Source: Jatrophihabitans sp. (GTDB lineage Bacteria > Actinomycetota > Actinomycetes > Mycobacteriales > Jatrophihabitantaceae). Taken from it: a stretch of 64,000 nt of DNA. The notes beneath the pieces were generated by a model that did no database searches, was not told the DNA's origin, and saw nothing but the letters and a program-made list of their open reading frames with translations. The stretch is from assembly GCA_035695205.1 (NCBI GenBank), contig DASSEP010000025.1:38062-102061 (forward strand), given 5' to 3'. The translations under genes and the position numbers were made by a program. Positions 29,097-38,433 of this stretch are shown one piece after another. The number at the start of each line of letters is the position of its first letter. Position 1 is the first letter of the stretch.

Positions 29097-31070
29097 GTGA
29101 ATCGCCTCGGAACAGCGACCAGCCCGTATCTCCAGCAACACAAGGACAATCCCGTCGACTGGTGGGAGTGGTCCGAGGACGCGTTCACCGAGGCGAAGAA
29201 GCGGGACGTGCCGGTGCTCTTGAGCGTCGGGTACGCGGCGTGCCACTGGTGTCACGTAATGGCGCACGAGTCGTTCGAGAACGAGCAGGTCGCCGCCGTC
29301 ATGAACGAGCACTTCGTCAACGTCAAGGTCGACCGGGAGGAACGGCCGGACATCGACGCGGTGTACATGGACGCCACGACGGCGCTCACCGGCCAGGGCG
29401 GCTGGCCGATGACCTGCCTGCTCACCCCCGACGGCGCGCCGTTCTACGCGGGTACCTACTTCCCGCGCCCCCAGTTCCTCGCGCTGCTGAGCGCTGCGGC
29501 CGAGGCCTGGAACGGGAACCGCGCCGAGGTGCTGGCCGCCGGCCAGCGGGTGGTGGATGCGCTGGCCGATTCCCGCCTGCCGTCCTCCGACTCGGCGAAG
29601 CTGCCCGGCGCGCAAGAGCTCGACGTTGCCGCGCGCCGGCTGGCGGAGCAGTTCGACTCGGCGCACGGCGGGTTCGGACGGGCGCCGAAGTTCCCGCCGT
29701 CGATGGTGCTGGAGTTCCTGCTGCGTCAGCACGAACGCGCCGGCGATCCCGCCTCGCTCGCGATGGCGGCGCAGACGATGGACGCGATGGCGCGCGGCGG
29801 CATGTACGACCAGCTGGCCGGCGGGTTCGCCCGCTACTCCGTCGACGAGGCGTGGGTCGTCCCGCACTTCGAGAAGATGCTCTACGACAACGCTCTGCTG
29901 CTGCGCGCCTACCTGCACTGGTGGCGGCTGACCGGCGACCCGTTGGCCGGGCGGATCGCCCGCGAGACGGCCGAGTTCCTCCTGCGCGACCTGCGCACCG
30001 CCGACGGCGGCTTCGCGTCCGCCCTGGACGCCGACGCCGAAGGCGTCGAGGGGCTCACCTACTCGTGGACACCGGCGCAGCTAACCGAGGTGCTCGGCGC
30101 GGATGCGGCCGCTGCCGCGCAGCTCTTCTCCGTGACCGAGGCCGGCACCTTCGAGCACGGCGCCTCGACGCTGCAGCTGCGCTCGGATCCGGCCGATTCG
30201 GAGCAGTGGGTGGACCTGCGCGCCCGCCTGTACGCCGCCCGCTCCATCCGTCCGCAGCCGGCCCGCGACGACAAGGTCGTCACCGCCTGGAACGGGCTGG
30301 CCATCGCCGCGCTGGCCGAGGCGGGCGTGCTGCTGGACGCGCCCCATTTCCTCACGGCCGCCGCCGAATGCGCGAAGCTGCTGCTGGCGGTGCACCTGGT
30401 GGACGGGCGGTTACGGCGTGCGTCGCGGGACGGCACCGCGGGTCCGGCCGGAGCCGTAGCCGAGGATCACGGTGATCTCGCCGACGGCTTGCTGGTGCTG
30501 TACCAGGCAAGTGGCGACGCGCAGTGGCTCGACGCGGCCGGCAAGCTGCTCGACACCGCGCTCGACCACTTCGCCGCGCCCGACGGCGGCTTCTTCGACA
30601 CCGCCGACGACGCCGAGCAGCTGGTCCGCCGCCCGCGCGATCCCACGGACAACGCGACACCGTCGGGTGCGTCCGCGCTCATCGGCGCGCTCGTCGCATA
30701 CTCGGCGCTGACCGGCTCCGCGCGGCACCGCGAGGAGGCCGAGCGCGCGCTGGCGGCGGTCGCCGAGTTCGCGGCCGGCCAGCCGCGGTTCTTCGGCTGG
30801 GCGCTCGCGGCCGCCGAGGCGCTGCTGGACGGCCCTATGCAGGTGGCGGTCGTGGGTGAGCCGGCCGGCGGCCCGCTCACCGCGGCGAGCTGGCGGCTGC
30901 GACCGCCGGGTGCGGTCGTGGTGTCCGGCGAGCCGGAAGCGCCGGGGTCGCCGCTGCTCGCCGACCGGCCGCTGGTCGACGGGCGCCCGGCCGCCTACGT
31001 CTGCCGCGGCATGGTGTGCGATCTGCCGCGTACCGAGCCCGACGACGTGGCGGCCGCGCTGCGGCGTTAG
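29097..31070 (+). CDS. YyaL/SSP411-type thioredoxin domain-containing protein (Rv1084-like)
   Basis: NRL..ATSPYLQQH, ACHWCHVMAHESF, VDREERPD, PHFEKMLYDN. Confidence 0.93.
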   Translation: MNRLGTATSPYLQQHKDNPVDWWEWSEDAFTEAKKRDVPVLLSVGYAACHWCHVMAHESFENEQVAAVMNEHFVNVKVDREERPDIDAVYMDATTALTGQGGWPMTCLLTPDGAPFYAGTYFPRPQFLALLSAAAEAWNGNRAEVLAAGQRVVDALADSRLPSSDSAKLPGAQELDVAARRLAEQFDSAHGGFGRAPKFPPSMVLEFLLRQHERAGDPASLAMAAQTMDAMARGGMYDQLAGGFARYSVDEAWVVPHFEKMLYDNALLLRAYLHWWRLTGDPLAGRIARETAEFLLRDLRTADGGFASALDADAEGVEGLTYSWTPAQLTEVLGADAAAAAQLFSVTEAGTFEHGASTLQLRSDPADSEQWVDLRARLYAARSIRPQPARDDKVVTAWNGLAIAALAEAGVLLDAPHFLTAAAECAKLLLAVHLVDGRLRRASRDGTAGPAGAVAEDHGDLADGLLVLYQASGDAQWLDAAGKLLDTALDHFAAPDGGFFDTADDAEQLVRRPRDPTDNATPSGASALIGALVAYSALTGSARHREEAERALAAVAEFAAGQPRFFGWALAAAEALLDGPMQVAVVGEPAGGPLTAASWRLRPPGAVVVSGEPEAPGSPLLADRPLVDGRPAAYVCRGMVCDLPRTEPDDVAAALRR

Positions 31071-31175
31071 CTCGCGGGGCCGCCCGGGCGACGACGTTCG
31101 CGAGCGTGTTGCCCGAGCGCTTCGGCAGCTGCCGGGTCGCCCACCGGCCGGTAGCCGGCTGACGGCCGATCGACG

Positions 31176-31733
31176 CTAGAGGTCGGGGCCCTCGCCGCGC
31201 AGTTTGTCCACCGCGGCCATGGCCTCGCGCAGGCCGCCCAACCACTGTTCGGCGTGCTCCCCGACCAACCGCACGCACCAGGCCAGCGCGTCCGAGCGTG
31301 AGCGGGCCACGCCGGCGTCGACAAGCGTGTCGAGCACGCGCCGCTCGTCGTGGCGCAAGCGGGTCATCACCGGCACCGCGAGGTGGGTGAACAGGACTCG
31401 CGTGGCGCCGATCGAGGCGCCCCACGCGACCTTGCGGCCGTAACGGCCCTCGGCCTCGTCGGCGATGCGCATGCGCGCCTCGCGGGTGTCCTCCCGGAAC
31501 CGGCTGATGCGCCCCTGCGCTGCCGCTTCGCTTTCCGCCTCGCCCTCCGGCGGGGCGAGTTCGCCGATGACGACGATCTCCTCGCGGTCGACGCTGATGC
31601 TCGGCGGCGCCACGAACCAATCGTCGGGCAGTCGGCCGGCGAGCCACTCCGAGAGGTCGTCGGCGGGCGGCAGGTCGGCCTGCTGCCAGCCTCCGGCGGC
31701 GCCGAAGCGCCGCCCGCGTCCTTGCCACGTCAT
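31176..31733 (-). CDS. Hypothetical protein with ribbon-helix-helix-like C-terminus
   Basis: AAGGGAG SD; VMTRL...RRVLDTLVDAGVARSRSDALAWCV. Confidence 0.75.
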   Translation of the reverse strand: MTWQGRGRRFGAAGGWQQADLPPADDLSEWLAGRLPDDWFVAPPSISVDREEIVVIGELAPPEGEAESEAAAQGRISRFREDTREARMRIADEAEGRYGRKVAWGASIGATRVLFTHLAVPVMTRLRHDERRVLDTLVDAGVARSRSDALAWCVRLVGEHAEQWLGGLREAMAAVDKLRGEGPDL

Positions 31734-31751
31734 CGCTTTCTCCCTTACTCC

Positions 31752-31776
31752 GATGCAATGATTACATCATTACATC
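31752..31776. promoter_or_regulatory. Array of 8-bp boxes (inverted plus tandem direct) upstream of the RHH-like gene
   Basis: GATGCAAT-G-ATTACATC-ATTACATC, AT-rich in a high-GC context. Confidence 0.6.
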
Positions 31777-31841
31777 GAATGCGCGGCGTGCTTGTACAAC
31801 GTCCACGCCTGGCGCGGAGTGCCGGAAACGAACCGGACGGA

Positions 31842-32537
31842 TCAGGAGAAAACAGCCAGCCAGATGGCGACGTAGTGACACAGGGCGGCCACGAGCGTGC
31901 ACAGATGGAAGACCTCGTGGAAGCCGAACACGACCGGATTCGGGTCCGGGCGCCGGGTGGCGTAGACGATGCCACCGAGCGTGTACACGACGCCGCCGAC
32001 GGCGATCAGCACGAAGGCGGCGATCCCGGCGTTGTGCAGCAGGTCGGGGAACACGAACACGGCCACCCAGCCCAGCGCGATGTAGCAGGGCGCGGACAGC
32101 CAGCGCGGCGCCGCCGGCCAGCACAGCTGCAACGCCACTCCGGCGAGCGCGCCGCCCCAGACTGCCGCCAGCACGGCGATCCGCGTGCCGCCCGGCAGGG
32201 TGAGCACGGCGATCGGCGTGTACGTCCCGGCGATGAAGACGAAGATCATCGAGTGGTCGAGACGCTTCATCACCGCATGGGCGCGCGGCTGCCAGGTTCG
32301 GCGGTGGTAGAGCGCCGAGGTCGAGAACAGCAGCGTGACGGTCGCGCAGTAGACGGCTGTGACGAATCCCGCGGAGCCGCCGCGCAACACCGTCGCGACG
32401 GCGATCAGGCTGGCGCCACTGGCGATCGAGACCGCGGCGGCCCAGGTGTGCAGCCAGCCCCGCAGCCGCGGTTTGAGCTCGGCAAGCGCCGTGGCGACCG
32501 CGGGATACGGAGGCAGGGCTGCCGAGTCGGTCGTCAC
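31842..32537 (-). CDS. Hemolysin III / PAQR family membrane protein
   Basis: KPRLRGWLH, SALYH, RLDHSMIF, FGFHEVFH. Confidence 0.92.
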   Translation of the reverse strand: MTTDSAALPPYPAVATALAELKPRLRGWLHTWAAAVSIASGASLIAVATVLRGGSAGFVTAVYCATVTLLFSTSALYHRRTWQPRAHAVMKRLDHSMIFVFIAGTYTPIAVLTLPGGTRIAVLAAVWGGALAGVALQLCWPAAPRWLSAPCYIALGWVAVFVFPDLLHNAGIAAFVLIAVGGVVYTLGGIVYATRRPDPNPVVFGFHEVFHLCTLVAALCHYVAIWLAVFS

Positions 32538-32635
32538 CGTCTCGAGGCTACGGCAGCGTAGGCGGGCCGTCAGGTGCGGACGCGCGCATGGGAGGACGGT
32601 GCACATCGCGGCGCGACGGCGATAGCGTGGTGCCC

Positions 32636-33403
32636 GTGGGTTTGCGGGACGCGGTGTACGCGGTCTACGAGCGGCGTCTGCGCGCGCATCTCGAAGGCCT
32701 CCCGGTGCCCCGGCACGTCGCGATCATGATCGACGGCAACCGCCGGTGGGCGCGGGCGGCCGGGTTCGACGACGTGAGCCAGGGCCACCTCGTCGGCGCC
32801 CGGCACATCGCGAACCTGCTCGACTGGTGCAGCGAGGCGGGCGTCGCTCACGTCACCATCTGGCTGCTCTCCACCGACAACCTGCGCCGGCCGCCGGAAG
32901 AGCTCGAGCCGCTGCTGCGCATCATCGCCGGGGTCGCCGCGGAACTCTCCGCGCCGGGCAACCCGTGGCGGGTCAAGGCCGTCGGCGCTCTCGACCTGCT
33001 GCCCGCGGAGACCGCGGAGGCGCTGAAGGCCGCCGAGGAGGCGACCGCCGAGCGCAACGGCCTCGCGGTGAACATCGCGGTGGGCTACGGGGGGCGCCGC
33101 GAGATCGCCGACGCGGTGCGCGCGCTGCTGCACGAGCACGCGGCGGCCGGCGGCACGCTCGAAGAACTCGCCGAGATCATCGACGTCGACCACATCGCCG
33201 AACACCTCTACACGCGCGGTCAGCCCGACCCCGACCTGGTCATCCGCACCTCGGGCGAGCAGCGCCTGGGCGGGTTCTTGCTCTGGCAATCCGTCCACTC
33301 GGAGTTCCACTTCTGCGACGTCCTCTGGCCGGATTTCCGAAAGATCGACTTCCTGCGTGCGTTGCGTGACTTCGGCACCCGGCAGCGGCGCTTCGGCGCA
33401 TGA
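32636..33403 (+). CDS. cis-isoprenyl diphosphate synthase (Rv1086-like short-chain Z-prenyltransferase)
   Basis: HVAIMIDGNRRWA, LSTDN, PDLVIRTSGEQRL. Confidence 0.92.
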   Translation: MGLRDAVYAVYERRLRAHLEGLPVPRHVAIMIDGNRRWARAAGFDDVSQGHLVGARHIANLLDWCSEAGVAHVTIWLLSTDNLRRPPEELEPLLRIIAGVAAELSAPGNPWRVKAVGALDLLPAETAEALKAAEEATAERNGLAVNIAVGYGGRREIADAVRALLHEHAAAGGTLEELAEIIDVDHIAEHLYTRGQPDPDLVIRTSGEQRLGGFLLWQSVHSEFHFCDVLWPDFRKIDFLRALRDFGTRQRRFGA

Positions 33404-34224
33404 CGAGCGCGGACTTCGGGCCCCTGGTCTCCGCCGACTGGTTGGCCACGCACCTGGACGACGTCCGCGTCGTCGACGTGCGCTGGTACCTCAAGCCCGC
33501 GGACGGGCGGTCGGGAGCCGGCGCCTACCGGGCCGGCCACCTCCCGGGCGCGGTGCGGCTGGATCTCGACACCGAGCTGTCCGAGCCGCCGTCGCCGACC
33601 GCCGGGCGGCACCCGCTGCCGAGTCCAGAACGCTTCGCCGCCGCCCTGGGGCGCGCCGGGATCGCGCCTGGCGTCCCGGTGGTGGCCTACGACGACGCCG
33701 GCGGCTCGGTGGCAGCTCGGCTGTGGTGGCTGCTGCACGTCCTGGACGAGCCGGCAGCCGTGCTCGACGGCGGCCTCGCGGCATGGGCCGGCCCGCTGGT
33801 CACCGAGGTGCCCGAGATCCGCGCGGTCGAGCGGAAACCGCGCCCCTGGCCGGCCGATCGGCTCCTCGGCGCCGAGCAGGTGGCGGCCGCGCTCGACACG
33901 ACGATCATCGACGCCCGTTCCGCCGAGCGGTACGCGGCCGGCGATCCCGAGATCGACCCGCGCCCGGGCCACATCCCCGGGGCGCTGAGCATGCCGTGGC
34001 CCGACAATCTCGCCGGCGACGGCCGGTTCCGCAGCGCGGAGGAGCTGCGCGAGCGCTTCGCGGCCGCCGACGGGCGCCCCGCCGTCGTCTACTGCGGCTC
34101 GGGCGTCACCGCGTGCCACAACCTGCTCGCCATGGAACTCGTCGGCCTGCGCCGCACCGCGCTGTATCCAGGCTCGTGGTCGCAGTGGGGCGCCGACCCG
34201 GCGCGCCCCGCCGAAACCGGCTGA
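33400..34224 (+). CDS. Tandem rhodanese sulfurtransferase
   Basis: GHLPGA, GRHPLP, YCGSGVTAC, YPGSWSQW; ATGA overlap with upstream gene. Confidence 0.92.
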   Translation: MTSADFGPLVSADWLATHLDDVRVVDVRWYLKPADGRSGAGAYRAGHLPGAVRLDLDTELSEPPSPTAGRHPLPSPERFAAALGRAGIAPGVPVVAYDDAGGSVAARLWWLLHVLDEPAAVLDGGLAAWAGPLVTEVPEIRAVERKPRPWPADRLLGAEQVAAALDTTIIDARSAERYAAGDPEIDPRPGHIPGALSMPWPDNLAGDGRFRSAEELRERFAAADGRPAVVYCGSGVTACHNLLAMELVGLRRTALYPGSWSQWGADPARPAETG

Positions 34225-34351
34225 CCGGCGCTGCCCGTCCGCACCCCCGTCCGCCGACTCGCCGCGCGCCTTACCGACCATCCGCCCGAGCGGACGTAGT
34301 TTCCGTTTCGGCGGGCCGGTCGACACGGCCCGCTCGGGAGGTCTCGACACG

Positions 34352-34486
34352 GTGGCGAAAACCAGCGAGGGGACCGGCTCGGTCCCGGCACGCTGCACCG
34401 GTGTCGCGGATCCGAACCGTTCCGCCGCAGCGCTGCGGGCGTGTGCGCCCGGGCGCCGCCGACACCTCTTCTGGAGCGTTCCGTGA
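34352..34486 (+). CDS. Candidate 44-aa uORF overlapping the phoH2 start
   Basis: GGAGG at 34337-34341, GTG at 34352, TGA at 34484-34486 in a GTGA overlap with phoH2. Confidence 0.35.
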   Translation: MAKTSEGTGSVPARCTGVADPNRSAAALRACAPGRRRHLFWSVP

Positions 34487-35823
34487 CCGAAGCCCTTCCC
34501 TGCTCGACGCCCGGCCTTCGCACCTTCGTCCTGGACACCTCCGTCCTGCTGTCTGACCCGGGGGCGCTGGGCCGGTTCGCCGAGCACGAGGTGGTGCTGC
34601 CGCTGGTCGTCATCAGCGAACTGGAGGCCAAGCGACACCATCCGGAACTCGGCTGGTTCGCCCGGCAGACGCTGCGGGTGCTCGACGAGCTGCGCATCCT
34701 GCACGGCCGGCTCGACTCGCCCGTCCCCATCGGCGAGGCGGGCGGCACGCTGCACGTCGAGCTGAACCATTCCGACCTGTCGACGTTGCCGGCGGGCTTC
34801 CGCGTCGACAGCAACGACTCGCGCATCCTCGCCGTCGCGCTGAACATCGGCGCCGACGGCAAGCGGGTCACCTTGGTCACCAAGGACATGCCGCTGCGGG
34901 TCAAGGCCGCGTCGGTCGGCCTGGATGCCGACGAGTACCGGATGCATCCGGTGTCCGACTCCACCGGGTGGACGGGTATGGCCGAACTGGACGTCTCCGC
35001 AGAGTGCGTCGACGCGCTCTACGACGGCACGCCCATCGAGGTCGCCGACTGCCCCGACTTCACCGCCGTCGCCGACCAGCCGTGTCACACCGGGCTGGTG
35101 CTGCACTCGATCAAGGGTTCGGCGCTGGCCCGCATCACCCCCGACAAGACGGTGCGCCTCGTCCGCGGCGACCGGGAGGCGTTCGGGCTGCGCGGCCGGT
35201 CGGCCGAACAGCGGGTCGCGCTGGATCTGCTGCTCGATCCCGAGGTCGGCATCGTCTCGCTCGGCGGGCGGGCCGGCACCGGCAAGTCGGCACTGGCCCT
35301 GTGCGCCGGGCTCGAGGCGGTGCTCGAGCGGCGCCTGCACAAGCGGGTCGTCGTCTTCCGCCCGCTCTACGCCGTCGGCGGCCAGGACCTCGGCTACCTG
35401 CCCGGCAGCGAGAACGAGAAGATGGCGCCCTGGGCCCAGGCCGTGTTCGACACCCTCGGCGCGCTCGTCTCGTCCGAGGTGATGGACGAGGTGCTCGATC
35501 GCGGCCTGCTCGAGGTGCTGCCGCTCACCCACATCCGCGGGCGGTCGCTGCACGACTCGTTCGTCATCGTCGACGAGGCGCAGTCGCTGGAGCGCAACGT
35601 GCTGCTGACCGTGCTGTCTCGCATCGGGGCCGGTTCCCGGGTGGTGCTGACCCACGACGTCGCCCAGCGTGACAACCTGCGCGTCGGTCGCCACGACGGC
35701 GTCGCGGCGGTCATCGAGGCGCTACGCGGCCACCCGCTGTTCGCGCACGTGACGCTCACCCGCTCGGAGCGCTCGCCCATCGCGGCGCTGGTCACCGAGA
35801 TGCTGGAGGACCTGCCGCTCTAG
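34483..35823 (+). CDS. phoH2: PhoH2 (PIN RNase domain fused to PhoH ATPase)
   Basis: [20 protein letters not shown]; Walker A GRAGTGKS; RGRSL, DEAQ. Confidence 0.93.
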   Translation: MTEALPCSTPGLRTFVLDTSVLLSDPGALGRFAEHEVVLPLVVISELEAKRHHPELGWFARQTLRVLDELRILHGRLDSPVPIGEAGGTLHVELNHSDLSTLPAGFRVDSNDSRILAVALNIGADGKRVTLVTKDMPLRVKAASVGLDADEYRMHPVSDSTGWTGMAELDVSAECVDALYDGTPIEVADCPDFTAVADQPCHTGLVLHSIKGSALARITPDKTVRLVRGDREAFGLRGRSAEQRVALDLLLDPEVGIVSLGGRAGTGKSALALCAGLEAVLERRLHKRVVVFRPLYAVGGQDLGYLPGSENEKMAPWAQAVFDTLGALVSSEVMDEVLDRGLLEVLPLTHIRGRSLHDSFVIVDEAQSLERNVLLTVLSRIGAGSRVVLTHDVAQRDNLRVGRHDGVAAVIEALRGHPLFAHVTLTRSERSPIAALVTEMLEDLPL

Positions 35824-36035
35824 CTTCCCGAGCCGCCAGCGGCCTGGTTGGGGTCGATGTCGTCGACCTGCTCGTGCGGTCCCGGAATGTCGGTGCCGCC
35901 GTGCACGGCGGTCCCCGAGTACAGCCCGTCCTCCGGATCGAAGTCGATGGCGTCCCGGCTCACGTACACCTGGCCGTCGTCGGCGATCTCGTCCTCCGGA
36001 ATCAGCCGTTGCTCGTCGCGCGGTTGCTCAGCCAT
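35820..36035 (-). CDS. Small acidic hypothetical protein (71 aa)
   Basis: GGAG SD; [20 protein letters not shown]...; fills the gap between genes. Confidence 0.55.
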   Translation of the reverse strand: MAEQPRDEQRLIPEDEIADDGQVYVSRDAIDFDPEDGLYSGTAVHGGTDIPGPHEQVDDIDPNQAAGGSGS

Positions 36036-36149
36036 GAAATCTCCGAATCGTCGCGATCGACAACGTTGCTCCCAACCTATGGGCTTTGCCGCGGACGTCA
36101 ACACTTGTGCGCCGAAGAGGCCGTCGCCGGTGTCCGATACCGTCCGGCC

Positions 36150-36566
36150 ATGGCCTCTGCGATGCGCAACCTCACCGTCGACTGCAGCGATGCCCGCGCC
36201 CTCGCCGGTTTCTGGGCCGAGGTGCTGGGCTGGCACGTGTTCAGCGACGACGACCCGGAAGTGTTGGTCACCCCGTCCTACCCGTACCTGGGGAACGGGC
36301 CGACGATGCTGTTCATCCCGGTACCCGAGCCGCGAACGGCGAAGAACCGCCTGCACGTCGACGTGCAACCCACCGATCGCACCCGCGACGAGGAGGTCGA
36401 CCGCCTGCTCGGGCTCGGCGCCGCCATCGTCGAGGACCACCGCAACGGCGACGGCAGCGGCTGGGTGTGGATGGCCGACCCCGAGGGCAACGACTTCTGC
36501 GTCGAGCGCAGCCGCGGCGAGCGGGCGGGCGGGGGACCGCAGCACTGGCGGCTCGCGCCGGCATGA
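36150..36566 (+). CDS. VOC family protein
   Basis: LTVDCSD, KNRLHVDV, MADPEGNDFCV. Confidence 0.9.
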   Translation: MASAMRNLTVDCSDARALAGFWAEVLGWHVFSDDDPEVLVTPSYPYLGNGPTMLFIPVPEPRTAKNRLHVDVQPTDRTRDEEVDRLLGLGAAIVEDHRNGDGSGWVWMADPEGNDFCVERSRGERAGGGPQHWRLAPA

Positions 36567-37087
36567 CCGTGGCGTACCGGAACCAGCTACGTGTCGCCGG
36601 CGTCACGCTGGGGGTGCTGCTGCTGTGCGGCGCCTGCGGCGGCGGCACAAGCCAGACGGGCCCGAGCGCGCCGACCGGGACCACCTCCGCCGGTCCGGCA
36701 AGTACCGGGACGTCCCAGGGCGGTTCGACCGCGGCGGACCTCGCCGGCCGGATCGGCACCTGCACGGGCGTCGCCCCGCTGTCCTGGCCGGGGCTCGCGC
36801 AGGCCGCGCCGGCGTTGGCGAGCGCCAAATGGCCCACGCACCCGGCGGAGTCGATCGCGATCTGCCGGATCGAAGGGCACCCGCTGGTCGTGTTCTCCGT
36901 GTCCACCATCCATGAACAGGCGGCTTTGGAAGGGCTGTTGAGTTCGCGCGTCGGGTCGTACTCGGCCGGTCCCGGCTGGGTGGCGGCGTCGGGCGTCGAT
37001 CTCGGACAGACGCCCGAGTCGTCGCTGGTGCAGGTCGCTGCCCAGGACCTCGGAGGCAGCGTCATCGCCGGGGCGGCCGGGCGCTGA
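36563..37087 (+). CDS. Hypothetical lipoprotein
   Basis: ATGA overlap; signal peptide ending LLLCGAC, Ser/Thr/Gly linker. Confidence 0.6.
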   Translation: MTVAYRNQLRVAGVTLGVLLLCGACGGGTSQTGPSAPTGTTSAGPASTGTSQGGSTAADLAGRIGTCTGVAPLSWPGLAQAAPALASAKWPTHPAESIAICRIEGHPLVVFSVSTIHEQAALEGLLSSRVGSYSAGPGWVAASGVDLGQTPESSLVQVAAQDLGGSVIAGAAGR

Positions 37088-37122
37088 CGCCAGTCCCAGG
37101 GCGATCTGCCAGGGTGTTAGCC

Positions 37123-38433
37123 GTGAGCTCGTCCGATCTGATCGCCCGTGATCTCGACGCGGTCTGGCATCCGTTCACCCAGCACGCGTTGTGGGCCGGG
37201 GACGAGCCGCTGGTGATCGACCGGGGGGACGGCCGGTACCTGTTCGACACGGCCGGCAACCGGTACCTCGACGGCTGCGCGTCGCTGTGGGTCACCGTCC
37301 ACGGCCACAACGAGCCGGCGATCAACGACGCCGTCCGCGCCCAGCTGGACCGCCTCGACCACTCGACGTTCCTCGGGCTCACCCACGAGCCGGGCATCCG
37401 CACCGCCGAGGAGCTGCTGCGCATCGCACCGTCCGGTCTTTCGAAGGTCTTCTTCGCCGGCGACGGATCGTCCGCGGCCGAGGCCGCGATCAAGATGGCG
37501 TACCAGGCCGCCGCGCAGCGCGGTGAGGACCGGCCGCTCTACGTGCACTGCGCGGAGGGTTACCACGGCGACACTCTGGGCGCCGTCTCGCTCGGCGGCG
37601 TCGAACTCTTCCACGCCACCTACCGGCCGCTGCTCATCGAGACCCGGATGGTGTCCTCGCCGGGCCTGCTCGCGCCCGGCCAGACGCGGGCCGAGCGCGC
37701 CGCCGAGGTGCTCGCCGAGATGCGGGGCCTGCTCGAGCGAGAGGGCGACCGGGTGTGCGCGATCGTCGTCGAACCGCTGGTCCAGGCAGCCGGCGGCATG
37801 CTCACGCACGACGCGTCTTTCCTGCGCGGCGTGCGCGAGCTGTGCGACTCGAGCGGGGCGGCGATGCTCGTCGACGAGGTCGCCACCGGTATCGGCGCGA
37901 CCGGCCGCTGGTTCGCCGTCGACCACGCCGGTGTCGAACCCGATCTGCTCGTCGTCGGCAAGCGGGTCACCGGCGGCGTGCTGCCGCTGTCGGCGGTGCT
38001 CGCCCGCGAGTCGGTCTACGAGCCGTTCCTCGGCTCGGCGAGCAGCGGACGCACCTTCTTCCACGGCCACACCTACACCGCCAACCCGCTGTGCTGCGCG
38101 GCCGCGCTCGCGAATCTCGAGCTCATGCACGAGCGCGGGACGGTCGCCCGTGCCGCGCAGATCGGCGAGCGGCTCGGCGCCGGCCTCGCCAAGCTCGCCG
38201 GGTACGACGGCGTGCGCGAGGTGCGCCGCGTCGGCACCATGACCGGCATCGAGGTCGAGGCGGTCGGCGAGCGCACCGGCTTCGAGGTGTGTCGTGCGGC
38301 GCGCCGTCGGGGCGTGATCATCCGCCCGCTCGGCGACGTCGTCGTGCTGATGCCGCCGCTGGGCAGCACCGACGAGGAGGTCGACGAGCTGCTCGGCGTC
38401 GTCGAGGACTCGGTGCGCGAGGTCGTCCGGTGA
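37123..38433 (+). CDS. bioA: Adenosylmethionine-8-amino-7-oxononanoate aminotransferase
   Basis: VWHPFTQ, DGCASLW, YHGDT, DEVATG, FFHGHTYTANP. Confidence 0.95.
   Translation: MSSSDLIARDLDAVWHPFTQHALWAGDEPLVIDRGDGRYLFDTAGNRYLDGCASLWVTVHGHNEPAINDAVRAQLDRLDHSTFLGLTHEPGIRTAEELLRIAPSGLSKVFFAGDGSSAAEAAIKMAYQAAAQRGEDRPLYVHCAEGYHGDTLGAVSLGGVELFHATYRPLLIETRMVSSPGLLAPGQTRAERAAEVLAEMRGLLEREGDRVCAIVVEPLVQAAGGMLTHDASFLRGVRELCDSSGAAMLVDEVATGIGATGRWFAVDHAGVEPDLLVVGKRVTGGVLPLSAVLARESVYEPFLGSASSGRTFFHGHTYTANPLCCAAALANLELMHERGTVARAAQIGERLGAGLAKLAGYDGVREVRRVGTMTGIEVEAVGERTGFEVCRAARRRGVIIRPLGDVVVLMPPLGSTDEEVDELLGVVEDSVREVVR

Noticed and set aside
33220-35694. 824-aa minus-strand ORF and many other long antisense or alternate-frame ORFs
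   Set aside because: Shadow ORFs of well-supported genes, expected at high GC; Arg/Gly/Pro-rich with no recognisable motifs.
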